The notes: generated from the letters alone by a model not told the origin. A stretch of DNA of 63,843 bases, filler included, from Octopus bimaculoides (GCF_001194135.2; 6 parts of 6 records of this genome joined end to end with filler, not necessarily neighbours in it), one strand, 5' to 3'. Shown: positions 50,100 through 63,704, counted from the first letter of the whole stretch. Translations and numbers: made by a program.

Positions 50100-51350
50100 T
50101 CGCTTTTCAAACAAACCTCTCAGACAAGTAAAAACAACGACAACTCCTATGTTATAAAGTTTATTGCGAAACAGCAATACCTTGAGATTACTTTTAGGCC
50201 CCAGATTGATGGCAGTTATCCACAGTTCGCGAACCGAACATCCTCTGGTACAGAATGGCCAGATGATTCTCGTTGAAACCTAGCGTTTTCCGAGACCGTC
50301 GTTGCTCTGCCTCTCCACTACAATGCTATAGAATATTCCCATAGAAGTCCCACCGGTCGAATTTCCTGACTGATAGAGGGCTATAAACATCACCCAATAT
50401 TCCTAAAAATTCTTATAATAGGGAAGTTTCTCTTAGTTAGTCCATGTATTTGGACATTTGTTTTGATTCTTGTTCACCTCAAGAATTGAATTTAACACCA
50501 AGAAACTTAACAAGTTTTCTGATTCAGTACTGCACAACGTTGGAGATGGTGATTCTCGACTTGCTACAGCTACCGTGTTGCAATCCCGCTGCCTTTCCAA
50601 AGTTAATGCCTGCTTTTGTCACAGCCTAGAAATCTTTTAGAACGACATTCATTTTCGTAATATTCGACACAATTATGAAACGTCTATATATGCACAAATT
50701 GTGCACCTACTTTCCAATTGAAAGAAGATTCCTTTCAAAAGCTCAAACACATTTGAGGTACTGAGCGTGTAATCCGAAATGGTTAGGACACTTGCTCATT
50801 TTGTAGTATGAGGTAGATATTACTTCATATCAAAGCACCCCAGGCTCTAAAAATGAAATTCAAATTGATTAGTGTCCAATCGAATCTTGGTTTGCTACCA
50901 GCCATCTCTGTCATGCACCGCTCGAGGCGGAGGTCAGCACAATTTACAAGAAACTTTAAAATATGTATTTAGTAGTGACCTGACCCCGGAAAGTATCGAT
51001 AATTTCTATATTGTCCACTCGTGCTGCTTCCCGTTGCAAGAAATGCCTGTCGAAACGCTTGAGATATATTGCCTGTACACGAAAAGATAATGGTGCAGTC
51101 TATTAAACTCACGCGATTTTCCCACTCGCACAAAATCTTAACACCAACCAAATCTCGCTGCTACGATAAGCTTTCCGAAACACTCTACCAATGGCTGTGG
51201 TATGCTTTCAAGAGAGTCATCGATGTCTCCGGTCAAGGATTCGCCAGCAACAGTTGAATAAAGCGCCGTTGGTAAACCGCGTACATCTTCGAATGGAGAA
51301 GCATGGTTTCTTCTGAATTTTGAAATGCGGATTTGTTGACTGTATTGTCG
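50100..51350 (-). mobile_element. Heavily decayed L1/Tx1-like RT domain
   Basis: Colinear motifs across frameshifts: SP..GLPTALYST; RVSLID; DNIEII; WTLINLN; IFRAW; PFRITRSVPQMCLS; CAYID; IIVS; AGINFGKAAGLQHG; VKFLGVKF; LPSIWGL. The RT core aligns by eye to the copy at 57598-58349. Confidence 0.7.
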
Positions 51351-51816
51351 CATTTTCATGTCTTGCCCATGTGTTTAAGAGCACAAAGTTATTCGTGGAA
51401 CAGCATAATTCACCGTTTGGAATACATGCAATATATACATACATACATATATATATATATGTCAGTCATTTTGACTGTGGCCATGCTGGACCACCACCTT
51501 TTAGTCGAAGAAATCGGCCCTTGGACTGATTCTTGTAAGCGTTGTACTTATTATATTGGTCTTTTTCTGAACCACTAAGTTACGTAAACATACCAAGAAC
51601 GGTTATCAAGCAATGGTGGAGGGACAAACAGGCACAAACACAAATATATACATATGTATATATATATATATACATACATATGTATACAACAGGCTTCTTT
51701 CAGTTTCCGTCTACCAAATCGACTCACAAGGCTTCGGTCGGCCTGAGGCAATAGTGGAACTGAACCTGGTCGCATTATATATATATTTATACACACACAC
51801 ACACACACACACACAG

Positions 51817-51857
<41 letters not shown>

Positions 51858-52967
51858 CTAACAAAGTTGTTTGCGGGCAGCGAACAGAAAAAAATTCATT
51901 TTACCTGTAAGAAGTACAACTCAGATATGGATAATCTAGGACCTAGATTTCGAACTTTCCAAATTACGTTTGTTAACGTAAATTTTATTTGTTCTCTTCA
52001 GCTAGATTCACTTAGACAAAATTTCGAATATATATATTATCGAGTTAGAAAACAAAGAGATCTAATGGATGCAATTTAATTTATTAATTAATCAATAAAT
52101 CACCATATTCACCAACAATTGTTTTATTTCACAAACAAAATTAAAATTACATAACATATATAAATATATGATTTTGCATTTTAAATAGCTTGTATGGAAA
52201 ATCATCAAGGTATACAATGGTCAACAAGGATTACATTAGGATACGTTTGGAATACTCAGAATATATAGACATGTTTATTATGTGCGTATTCATAATAAAC
52301 GCATAATAAACATGGTGGTGGTGGTGGTGGTGGTGATAATGATGATGATGATGAGGGTGGAGAGGAAAATATAACTGTTACTTCGGGCAGAACAAGCGAT
52401 CACATAAAACCGTCTGCCTTGTATGTTCCAAAAGAGGAGAATAATAAATTTCAAGCATTCATGATTTCCTCAAGGGTATATACGTAATTGAAGATTACTT
52501 GCTGCTGCTACTGAAAATATTAGTCTGTATTTTCAGTGTCTTCCTGGTTATTTTCACAGTTAATAACCTCTCATATTCTTCGAATTTTATAACTACTTAA
52601 TCGATTTTCCAATGTCGTTTGCTATCATGAAAAAATTCTTGATACCGGTACCATTGCAATATGTTTCCTTCAGTTTATTTTTGGGCCAATTTTAGCAGCG
52701 GAATATAAGAGAAATAATGAAAGTGTCCTCTCTAAGGAATTGATTATACCGTGTTAAGCATACGTGAGAAACACTCGTTTAACGAAGACTTGCCAATAAT
52801 CAGACACAGGACATTCTTATTATTTGCAAGAAAATCCAGAAGAGACACAATCACTTTTTCTTGTTCTGTTTCCCTTCTTCCAGTCTTTAATGGTTTTCTT
52901 TATCTCCTCTTCATTTATTTCCTTTAAAGAGGAAATTTGATTATAATATATCGCTTTATAAACAGCA

Positions 52968-53444
52968 TGACAGTTAAATGCCACAGCAATACATTTTGCA
53001 GAACACACATTACACTGACCCTCCTCCTCCTCCTCCTCCTCCTCCTCCTCCTGCCGAAGAAAGTTTTGTTGTTGCATGATAATGCACGCCAACACGCAGC
53101 CGACCAGACCGTCGAAACCATTAACCAATTGGGTTTTGAGGTGGTGGAACACCCTGCCTACAGCCCAAATCTCGCCCCCTTCCGACTATAATATCCTTGA
53201 ACAGCTCAAAGCTGGTTTATGAGGTCGTCGATTTCCTGCGGATGAAGATGTGCAAGAAGCAGTCCAGAAGTGGCTGCACAACCTACTGAAAGCCTTCTTA
53301 TTGGAGAGAATACGCAAGCTTGTGGACCGCTGGACCAAGTGCATCGAAAAGGAAGGAGATTGTATAGAAAAATGACATACTTGTTTATTCCCGGCATTTG
53401 TGTAACTATATCAAAAAAACAAGAGTGCGGATGATTTTTACTCT
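52968..53444 (+). mobile_element. mariner (DD34D) 3' half pseudogene
   Basis: KKVLLLHDNARQH...HPAYSPNLAP(S)DY (34 spacing after fixing a 1-bp frameshift); GRRF..DEDVQEAVQKWL; IRKLVDRWTKCIEKEGDCIEK* (stop at 53373). Confidence 0.9.
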
Positions 53445-53544
53445 NNNNNNNNNNNNNNNNNNNNNNNNNNNNNNNNNNNNNNNNNNNNTTAATTAATTAA
53501 NNNNNNNNNNNNNNNNNNNNNNNNNNNNNNNNNNNNNNNNNNNN
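53445..53544. other. Artificial scaffold linker
   Basis: 44N-TTAATTAATTAA-44N. Confidence 0.97.
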
Positions 53545-53751
53545 ATAGTCATGTTTATCAAAACTTTGTCCATCAAAATCTAAGGTCAAGGAACAAAGAG
53601 AAGTGTCTATGTATTTATGCAACTGAGGATTGCTCTGCATTTAAATTGATGTAATGGTTGCATTGTTTAATTAAATGGTGTCGCTTGAAACGATTGTACT
53701 GCATTACCTCTGGATATCCTGTTGCTTATTTTGATTGTCTATATATGTGTT

Positions 53752-53783
<32 letters not shown>

Positions 53784-53785
53784 CG

Positions 53786-53820
<35 letters not shown>

Positions 53821-55087
53821 ATGTATGTATATATATGTATATATATAAATATACAAACACATTACACACACTCACATACATATTACATTTGTTTATTATT
53901 ATTATTATTATTATTTCACTTGTCTTATTTTTATCGTGTATTTACACTGCCTATCCAGCCACAACTCTGTGGACCTTAAGTATATGCAGTATTTTGTGTT
54001 TGTGTTTTTCGATTGAATTAAAAATAATCTATACAATAATTATACAGTGTTTAATGGTTCGATGTTGTGTTCCCGTCTCTCTTATCTTGGAACTTCTACA
54101 TTCATGGGCTGCGTATATGCTAGGGCACCATCTTGAAGGTTGTCAACCTCTATGTAATTTGGGACAGTCATGTATGTCCAGCATTTCCTTCAATAATGGT
54201 CTAGAGCAGTGGTATTGATCCCCTGGGGGCGATGGAAAGTTCCAATGGGGCGTTGAAGAAAAAAGCACTGTAGTTGATTTGTTCGACTAAAATCGTTCAA
54301 AGCGGTGCCCCAGCATGGCCGCAGTCTAATGACAAAAACAAGTAAAAAAAAAAAGGTTTAAAATGGTGTAAAATGATGTAAAAAGATATTCTCATATAGA
54401 ATTACTAAAATATTTATGGATTTTGAAAATTGTATTCTTTTAAAAAAACTTGAGTGATTTAATACAATTTTTAGAAAAACCTGTGTAATTAGTCATTTTC
54501 CGCATTCAATGATTGAGTCATTAATAAAGAATTATACCTCAACATGGTAAGTAAACAGTGTCTTGAATCTCAAAACTCCTAGAACCAGTTACTTGGTTTC
54601 CATGGCATTGTTGCGACGCAGCGAAGCTTAGAATCCAAATCTTGTTAGCCCATTAACAAGAAGTAGGCCATGGCATATCAAAGGCTTCATGAAAATACAG
54701 AGTTAATCTTACAGGAACATCGTGTTTTGAGGTGCCGGAGCTCTTCGACAGGTAATTGATAATTAAGTTGGGTTTTCACATTGCTGCAATTACGTATGGC
54801 CGCGTTGAGTATAAAGCTGTGAAAATGACTATTAGAAGAATCGCATTGGCTTGTTGGTTTGAATATGAGGCTGTAAAAGAAAATTTGAGAGAGAAAATTT
54901 ACCCGAGACCGATTCAACACTAAAAGTCTTTGCAGTTAAGGTCTTCGTTGAAAGAAGATTCTAGAATTCATCACGTGAACAAAAAGTTCTAATTTGGTGA
55001 AATAGGGTCTGCACGCATGATAAACTCGCAATTTACATTACTGTACCCACCGTCCAACCAAGCTATTGCATTTAAGTAACAAAGATC

Positions 55088-55265
55088 ACAACGTCAGACC
55101 TAAACGGGGCGCTTGCCTGTTGCAGGGGTGCTCGCTCTTAGCTGAGTAAACTGGAGCAATGTGAAATGGAGTGCTTTGCTCAAGAACACAACGCAGTACC
55201 CAACCTGGGAATCGAAACCACGATCGTACAACCGTGAGCACAATACCCCAAGCCACTAAATCATA
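55088..55265 (-). mobile_element. Family D SINE 5' part
   Basis: Reverse complement reads GTGGTTTCGATTCCCAGG...GTGTTCTTGAGCAAAGCACTCCATTTCACATTGCTCCAGTTTACTCAGCT. Confidence 0.7.
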
Positions 55266-57597
55266 CCCCTTCCACACACCTCCATATGGTACTTATTTAA
55301 AACTACAATGAACGGGTGATTAACACAGCTGACTGTAGACGGTAAGGATATGAACCAGAAGCTTCTTGACTTTATTTTCTTTTGGACCGAACTATTGAAA
55401 CTCAATAACATTGAAGTTCTACAATCTTAAAAAAGAAAAGGGAAATCCCCACAGAAGGAAGTTACGTGTATATAGTACAGAATAATGTACTTAATCTTAA
55501 ATACCAATTCCAGACTTAATTACTCTCATTTGTAAGTCAGTCACGTTCGTTAAAGTCTGCTATTATTTCTACGTAATTACATTTCAGCTTTCACTTTGTC
55601 CCAAGAAGATCCAGTTTCCGTCTAAAGTTTATATGGAAACATGCTCTTACATGTCAAGCAGATTCATATTGTCGTTTTTACTTCTCTCTACACCAACACA
55701 CCATTTCTGTTTACCTTGTGTGACGTGTAATAAAATGCTATAACCTTGTAATATATTTGGTTTCAACTTTCGACTCAAGGNNNNNNNNNNNNNNNNNNNN
55801 NNNNNNNNNNNNNNNNNNNNNNNNNNNNNNNNNNNNNNNNNNNNNNNNNNNNNNNNNNNNNNNNNNNNNNNNNNNNNNNNNNNNNNNNNNNNNNNNNNNN
55901 NNNNNNNNNNNNNNNNNNNNNNNNNNNNNNNNNNNNNNNNNNNNNNNNNNNNNNNNNNNNNNNNNNNNNNNNNNNNNNNNNNNNNNNNNNNNNNNNNNNN
56001 NNNNNNNNNNNNNNNNNNNNNNNNNNNNNNNNNNNNNNNNNNNNNNNNNNNNNNNNNNNNNNNNNNNNNNNNNNNNNNNNNNNNNNNNNNNNNNNNNNNN
56101 NNNNNNNNNNNNNNNNNNNNNNNNNNNNNNNNNNNNNNNNNNNNNNNNNNNNNNNNNNNNNNNNNNNNNNNNNNNNNNNNNNNNNNNNNNNNNNNNNNNN
56201 NNNNNNNNNNNNNNNNNNNNNNNNNNNNNNNNNNNNNNNNNNNNNNNNNNNNNNNNNNNNNNNNNNNNNNNNNNNNNNNNNNNNNNNNNNNNNNNNNNNN
56301 NNNNNNNNNNNNNNNNNNNNNNNNNNNNNNNNNNNNNNNNNNNNNNNNNNNNNNNNNNNNNNNNNNNNNNNNNNNNNNNNNNNNNNNNNNNNNNNNNNNN
56401 NNNNNNNNNNNNNNNNNNNNNNNNNNNNNNNNNNNNNNNNNNNNNNNNNNNNNNNNNNNNNNNNNNNNNNNNNNNNNNNNNNNNNNNNNNNNNNNNNNNN
56501 NNNNNNNNNNNNNNNNNNNNNNNNNNNNNNNNNNNNNNNNNNNNNNNNNNNNNNNNNNNNNNNNNNNNNNNNNNNNNNNNNNNNNNNNNNNNNNNNNNNN
56601 NNNNNNNNNNNNNNNNNNNNNNNNNNNNNNNNNNNNNNNNNNNNNNNNNNNNNNNNNNNNNNNNNNNNNNNNNNNNNNNNNNNNNNNNNNNNNNNNNNNN
56701 NNNNNNNNNNNNNNNNNNNNNNNNNNNNNNTATATATCCAGACAGGCAGAATAGCTACACAATCGTGTTGCAGTGAGTGTTAAATTGACTACACTCTAAA
56801 TTCAAGTGAACGTCTAAAAAGAATAGTTAGTTTCCAAAGTAATCTTTAATTCCATATCGAGAGAATACAATCAAATCCTTCCTAAACCTATGCAACTCAA
56901 AGCCGCTCATAATTCGGATGACACCTAATCCGTTGTCTCTGTGAATAATCATGTACAATTCTGCCATGTCACTCGTACCAATACGAGCAGTGAACAATTC
57001 ATCAGTTTTTCTTGACCTAGTGTCATGAAAAAACACTTCCTCCAAGCTGATACGCACGAAGTGGACTCCTCAGAAAACCAAACTATACATCCTGCTCACA
57101 AGCGACACTACATGCTGTTCGAACCTGCTCGAATAGGCATCTGCTGTTCCGTATACATAATCTCAAACGGCCTCTCCTATCATCTTTCATTTTGTTGGGT
57201 TTGCATCATATCCACCTGGATCCTGTAGCCTTTAACATTCACAGTTCAGAACTTTATTCAATTTTCGCTAAGTGCGCATCTCCGTCATTCTTCTCATTAT
57301 CGTTCGTTTTTGACAAATTCACTAAAGAAGTGATAATGTAAATTGTTTCCTGGATTCTTAGCCAGGAATCGAAACTGGTGAAGTTTTTCTATTGTTCTCG
57401 GCATCAACACTTATAAATTTTTGAGAGTCAAATGTCATATATATATAGACGAAGTCTTTAATTGAACTAACAGTTTTCGGTCACCAATAGTTCAGACCAG
57501 ATAACAGAGCAGAAATCTTTTATTTAACCCGATCTAATTAAGGTAGGAAAATATAAATATCGAACTCATATACAACTTGTAGTTTTGGTTATGACAA

Positions 57598-58349
57598 TAT
57601 TGTCGCTTGTTGCAGATGGTCTGATCGGCAAGGTTCAGACTTGTGCTGTCCCCGGCAAAAGCATCCAAATTAATCTCCATCTTATACGTTACACCTTAGA
57701 AGGGTTTGATAACGATTCTGGCAAGGGTGGGGCTCTGGTCCATTTAGACCAATCCAAAGCAGTACCTGGGTCTTGGCTTCCTCAGGTGGATCATACAGTT
57801 ATATGACAACATCGACTCGATCGTTCGAGTGAACGGCTTTCTTTCTAAGCCGTTCTATATCAAACGTTCGTTTCGCCAAGGATGTCCACTCTCGCTGCTA
57901 TTGTATGTGATAGCTTTGGAGCCGTTACTGCAAAGGTTGAGTGGCATCCCGAAGGAATCAGTTGATGGAGGATCGGTTTCAGCATACGCGGACGACATAA
58001 CCATCATCGTGACCAAGATGGAACACTTACAGAGGGCAGGTGAAGCCATTAAGGTTTATGAGACAGTGGCAGGAGCAAAGATTAACCGGGAAAAATCGTT
58101 CGGCTTGCAACTCGGTACCTGGAGGAGTAAGTCGATGCCTTCGAATAGCGACGTGGGACGTTGGCAGGATGGCCCGGTTAAGTTGTTAGGAGTCTGGGTT
58201 CGACCAGACTTCCAGGTAGAAAAGAACTGGGCAGAGGTATCGAGCAAGGTGACCCTCATAGTCAAGACCTGGTCTTGGCGGTGGCTATCCTTGAAAGGGA
58301 GGGCGGAGGTGGCCAATGTGTTTGCTGCATCGGTCATCAGGTATTATCT
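57598..58349 (+). mobile_element. L1/Tx1-like LINE reverse transcriptase fragment, running into the linker
   Basis: QTCAVPGKSIQINLHLIRY; LVHLDQSKA (then a deletion removing FDRVDH); RQGCPLS; AYADD; INREKS; VKLLGV; WRWLSLKGR. Confidence 0.93.
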
Positions 58350-58449
58350 NNNNNNNNNNNNNNNNNNNNNNNNNNNNNNNNNNNNNNNNNNNNTTAATTA
58401 ATTAANNNNNNNNNNNNNNNNNNNNNNNNNNNNNNNNNNNNNNNNNNNN
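58350..58449. other. Artificial scaffold linker
   Basis: 44N-TTAATTAATTAA-44N. Confidence 0.97.
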
Positions 58450-58558
58450 AAAGGAAAGGAAAGAAAAGAGTGAAAGCGGGAGGAGATATTAATACATAAA
58501 TATGGATATTAATGCTAATACATATCTCCTTCTTTCTCTTACCCCTTCTTACTTCATT

Positions 58559-58594
<36 letters not shown>

Positions 58595-58966
58595 ATCGGC
58601 ACTTCTAATGTCTTCTTCTCAGTCTCCCTCTATGTGTCCCCCCTCCTTCTCTTTCTGTATTTATGTCTATAGATGTGTATGCTTGTGTGTGTGTTTATAT
58701 GTATGCTAAGGGCTATAGAATAGTATAGGACGGTAATAGCAGGGAGTAAAGAGTCGGTATGTGTATGTGTGTGTGTGGCAATTCTTCGTGCTATGTTGTG
58801 TGTGCGTGTACGTGCGTGCTTTTTCTGAATGAGTGTGTGTGCGTGTGTGCATGTGTTATGTTTGTCTATGTCTCTTTGCGTGTGCCTTTGTACACGTTGT
58901 TGTATCTGTGAGTGCATCCGAGCGCGAGTGTTTTATGTACGAGTGAGTGTATTTGCATGTGTGTGT

Positions 58967-59017
<51 letters not shown>

Positions 59018-59254
59018 GCGTGCGTGCTAAAATACTGAGAACTGGAGAAAGACTAAGATAAAATCGTAGTCGTCGGCATTCACCATTATTTACAACTGGC
59101 AACCAGCAAGCACCGTCCCAAAGAAGCCTACATCAAAACCGGAGTATGCGATGTGATTTCAATTGCTAATTAACAAATTCATTACACTTCACTTCATTTA
59201 CTGCAATTAATAGCATGAATAATCATATTATTTCATTAAGGTCGTTAATAAACA

Positions 59255-59636
59255 GACGCAGGCATGGCTGTGTGGTTAAGGAACTGGTTTTGCAACCACG
59301 TGGTATCGAGTTCAGTCAAGTGCGCAACGCCTAAAGAAGATATCTTGTAACATAGCTCTGACCCAACAAATGCCGTGTAAGTGAATTTGGAGAGGGAAAC
59401 TGTGTAGAAGCCCGTCGTGTATATGTGCGTGTCTTTGCGTCTGTGTATCGCCCCACATTGCTTGACAACCGGTGTTTCTTTGCTTACGTCTCCGTAACCT
59501 AGCAGTTCGGCATCAGAGCCGATAGAGTAAATTCCAGACATAACCAAAAAATTTTTTTTTAATTCCGCGGTTCACTTATTCAACTAGAACTCCCCAAGGT
59601 TGTACCCCAGCATGGCCACAGTTCAATGACTAAAGT
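59255..59636 (+). mobile_element. Older family A-related SINE
   Basis: GACGCAGGCATGGCTGTGTGGTT head, GAAGCCCGTCGT, CTTGACAACCG, CCAGCATGGCCACAG tail. Confidence 0.75.
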
Positions 59637-59660
59637 AATTTTTTTTTTAATGAATATATA

Positions 59661-60091
59661 GGCGTAGGAGTGGCTGTGTGGTAAGTAGCTTGCTTACGAA
59701 CCACATGGTTCCGGGTTCAGTTCCACTGCGTGGCACTTTGGGCGAGTATCTTCTACTATAGCCTCGGGCCGACCATANNNNNNNNNNNNNNNNNNNNNNN
59801 NNNNNNNNNNNNNNNNNNNNNNNNNNNNNNNNNNNNNNNNNNNNNNNNNNNNNNNNNNNNNNNNNNNNNNNNNNNNNNNNNNNNNNNNNNNNNCCCCCCT
59901 CCTCTAACATCACTTGACAACCGATGCTGGTGTGTTTACGTCACCGTAACTTAGCGGTTCGGCAAAAGAGACCGATAGAATAAGTACTAGGCTTACAAAG
60001 AATAAGTCCTGGGGTCGATTAGCTCGACTAAAAGACGTTGCTCCAGCATGGCCACAGTCAAATGACTGAAACAGGTAAAAGAGTAAAAGAG
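59661..60091 (+). mobile_element. Young family A SINE interrupted by a gap
   Basis: Near-identical to 12406-12797 outside the N run at 59778-59893. Confidence 0.85.
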
Positions 60092-61065
60092 TATATATAA
60101 TATTAACTGTTTCTAGATTACAAACAAGACCAGAAAGTTTTGAAGAAGCGAAGTTTATGGATTACATCAATTTCAGTATTTTGCCGGTACTTTACATCGC
60201 TGGTACTTCACTTTATCAATGTCCAATGGATGAAAGTAAAAACAAAATATTGAAATGCATCAAGGATTTTGTGCGATGCTCTGCCGATTCTGCCAGTCAT
60301 TTCTAGATTAAACACAAGGTCAACGATTTTGATAGGAGCGGGGATAATCGATCATATCGATCCTAGTAATTCATTATAATTTTACTTTATCGCCCCCACC
60401 CCCACACACACCTAAAGGATAATAGTTAAGTTGACCTTGACAGGATATGAACTCAGAACACGAAGAGAGCCGCAAGGAATTCACTCAACGATCTAACGTG
60501 CCTGCCTTTATCTTTTACATGTTTTCAGTCAATAGACTATGGCCATGCTGGGGCACCACCTTGAACTTTTTGTCTAGTGAATCGACTCCACAAATTGCTA
60601 TTTATTATTATTTTTTTTGTTTAGCCTAGTACTTATGATATCGGTCTCTTTTGCCGATCCGCTACGTTACGAATATTTAAGCACACCAGCACTTGTTGTC
60701 AAGCGTTGGTGGGAGACAAATACACACAACATGTGCACACGAGTCTATGACATTTGCCTCCCATGGACAATTACCCCTGAGGACACAGTTGTTGATTTAA
60801 AACTTCTTAATATATTGGAGAGGGAGATAATTAATCAAGGGCGGAAGTTGTCGTCGGAGGGAATTGTCCCAGTGTGTGTGTGTGTGTTCAAATACCACCA
60901 CCTCCACCGCATGACAACCAGTCTTGGTTTGTTTACGTTCCCGTGACTTGGCGGATCGGCATAAGAGGCTGGTAGAGTAAGTACCAGAGTTGACTAAAAA
61001 CCCTTCAAGTATGGCCGTGGTCCAACGACTGATTCAATCGAACACACTCTACCATACGTGGGCGC

Positions 61066-61190
61066 CCTTTTATGCCCTGTCGAAACAATTGAGAGACCTG
61101 CAAGACATGGATGTAGAGGTCTTCCAAACAAAACTCGATACTTTCCTGGCTCGAAATGAGACACAGTTGAGGGCAGCGATGTCAAATTCA
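61066..61190 (+). mobile_element. CR1-like LINE ORF2 C-terminal fragment, older copy
   Basis: FYALSKQLRDLQDMDVEVFQTKLDTFL..RAAMSNS; homologous to 63748-63833. Confidence 0.7.
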
Positions 61191-62282
61191 AATACAGGTG
61201 CTCATGTAGTACCTTTGTGTNNNNNNNNNNNNNNNNNNNNNNNNNNNNNNNNNNNNNNNNNNNNNNNNNNNNNNNNNNNNNNNNNNNNNNNNNNNNNNNN
61301 NNNNNNNNNNNNNNNNNNNNNNNNNNNNNNNNNNNNNNNNNNNNNNNNNNNNNNNNNNNNNNNNNNNNNNNNNNNNNNNNNNNNNNNNNNNNNNNNNNNN
61401 NNNNNNNNNNNNNNNNNNNNNNNNNNNNNNNNNNNNNNNNNNNNNNNNNNNNNNNNNNNNNNNNNNNNNNNNNNNNNNNNNNNNNNNNNNNNNNNNNNNN
61501 NNNNNNNNNNNNNNNNNNNNNNNNNNNNNNNNNNNNNNNNNNNNNNNNNNNNNNNNNNNNNNNNNNNNNNNNNNNNNNNNNNNNNNNNNNNNNNNNNNNN
61601 NNNNNNNNNNNNNNNNNNNNNNNNNNNNNNNNNNNNNNNNNNNNNNNNNNNNNNNNNNNNNNNNNNNNNNNNNNNNNNNNNNNNNNNNNNNNNNNNNNNN
61701 NNNNNNNNACTATAGCATCAGCTTGAAGTGTTTTTAGTCGGAGGAATCGACTCCACTATTTTCTTAAGACTGGTGCTTACTTTATCGGTCTCATATTTAT
61801 GTATGTACATACATACATACATACATACATACATGTTGAACGTTCTAATATATACATTTCCGTCGCGCTTCTTCAAAGATCCGATTTTCATATGTAACAT
61901 CACGCTTGTGGAACAGCAGAGAACCAAACATCGAAACGAGCCAGTCGGCGTTCATATCCAGTCACCAGAACAATTTTTCTTCTCTGACCAAGCGAACTCT
62001 CAAATCCCCCTGGTTTCCTATCTAAGATTAAGTAGGAAAGAATACAGTCCTCTTGCTGCTCTAATCAGCTTCAGCACTATCTCAATTAACAGTTGGCTCG
62101 TCAGACAGCAGTGGTAAATTCAGTTTTTCGTTTGGAAATATAACTTAAAGATGGGATTCGCCAGATTTATTTGTCCAAGATAAAACTAGATTAAGAAATA
62201 TTGGTGTTCCTATGACCCAGTAGGTTAACGGAGCCATCACATCTGGTCTAACTTAACAAAATATGTATGTATACTACACAGC

Positions 62283-62323
<41 letters not shown>

Positions 62324-63704
62324 CATAGATATATATACGCAATGCATATATCAATGCAATTCTGGTATAAAAACGAGCTCGTTCGCGTATATATATGTGT
62401 TTGTGTATTATATATATATANNNNNNNNNNNNNNNNNNNNNNNNNNNNNNNNNNNNNNNNNNNNNNNNNNNNNNNNNNNNNNNNNNNNNNNNNNNNNNNN
62501 NNNNNNNNNNNNNNNNNNNNNNNNNNNNNNNNNNNNNNNNNNNNNNNNNNNNNNNNNNNNNNNNNNNNNNNNNNNNNNNNNNNNNNNNNNNNNNNNNNNN
62601 NNNNNNNNNNNNNNNNNNNNNNNNNNNNNNNNNNNNNNNNNNNNNNNNNNNNNNNNNNNNNNNNNNNNNNNNNNNNNNNNNNNNNNNNNNNNNNNNNNNN
62701 NNNNNNNNNNNNNNNNNNNNNNNNNNNNNNNNNNNNNNNNATAACTATATGTATATATAATTGCATATATATATATAACTATATGTATATATAATTGCAT
62801 ATATATATATATATATATATATATACATGCATGCAAATATATTTATATATACATGTATGTACTTACATATAAATCGATCTAAATATTTGCATATAAACAC
62901 ATTCACAATCGATGCTAATTCGATATACGTTATTGATCTATACACACGTAAACACACACACAAGCACACACACACACATGTATATGCACAAACACCCACA
63001 AAAACACATACGTAAAAAGTTGCTGGTACATTGATATATCATTGACGTATTACAAGTGTATAACATCAAAAGAGTCCAATATGGAAGGATGAGTGCACAT
63101 GCGCGAGATAGATAAAAGTGGAGAAGCAACAGGCAGAGAGAAGGAACAAGTGGAGAGAGGGCGAGACAAGCTTCTGACTGACGAAAACCAACAACATCAT
63201 TATCTAAATTTAATACTGTAATATATTCTTATCTACTCTGAAGCATGTGTGAGATATTCTCAAATATAGGTCCATTTATTGATATTTATATCGGACTCCT
63301 TCGTGGCTCTATGTCAGCCGAATACATATTTTAGACCTCTCTTCTCTGTTTCTCGGTTATATGCCATATTTCTTGACACTGATTTAGACATACGACTTTA
63401 CCAGTGCAAGTTGTATACTGTCATTTGTCACAAGAAACTCACTTGAAGACCTGGCCGCAGGGTATGCATGCCTATGTGCATCAGAGTGTATATAATATAT
63501 CCATCATATGTATATAATATATATATACATATATATATATGCATATAATATATATACATACATATAATACATATATAATACATATGTATATATATACGTA
63601 TATATATAATATATATATATACGTATATATATAATATATATATATACGTATATATATGATATATACATATATATAATATATATATACATATATATATGTA
63701 TATA

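Noticed and set aside
56827-57222. NUMT explanation for the TGA-containing frame
   Set aside because: The translation is hydrophilic and resembles none of the 13 animal mitochondrial proteins as far as I can tell.
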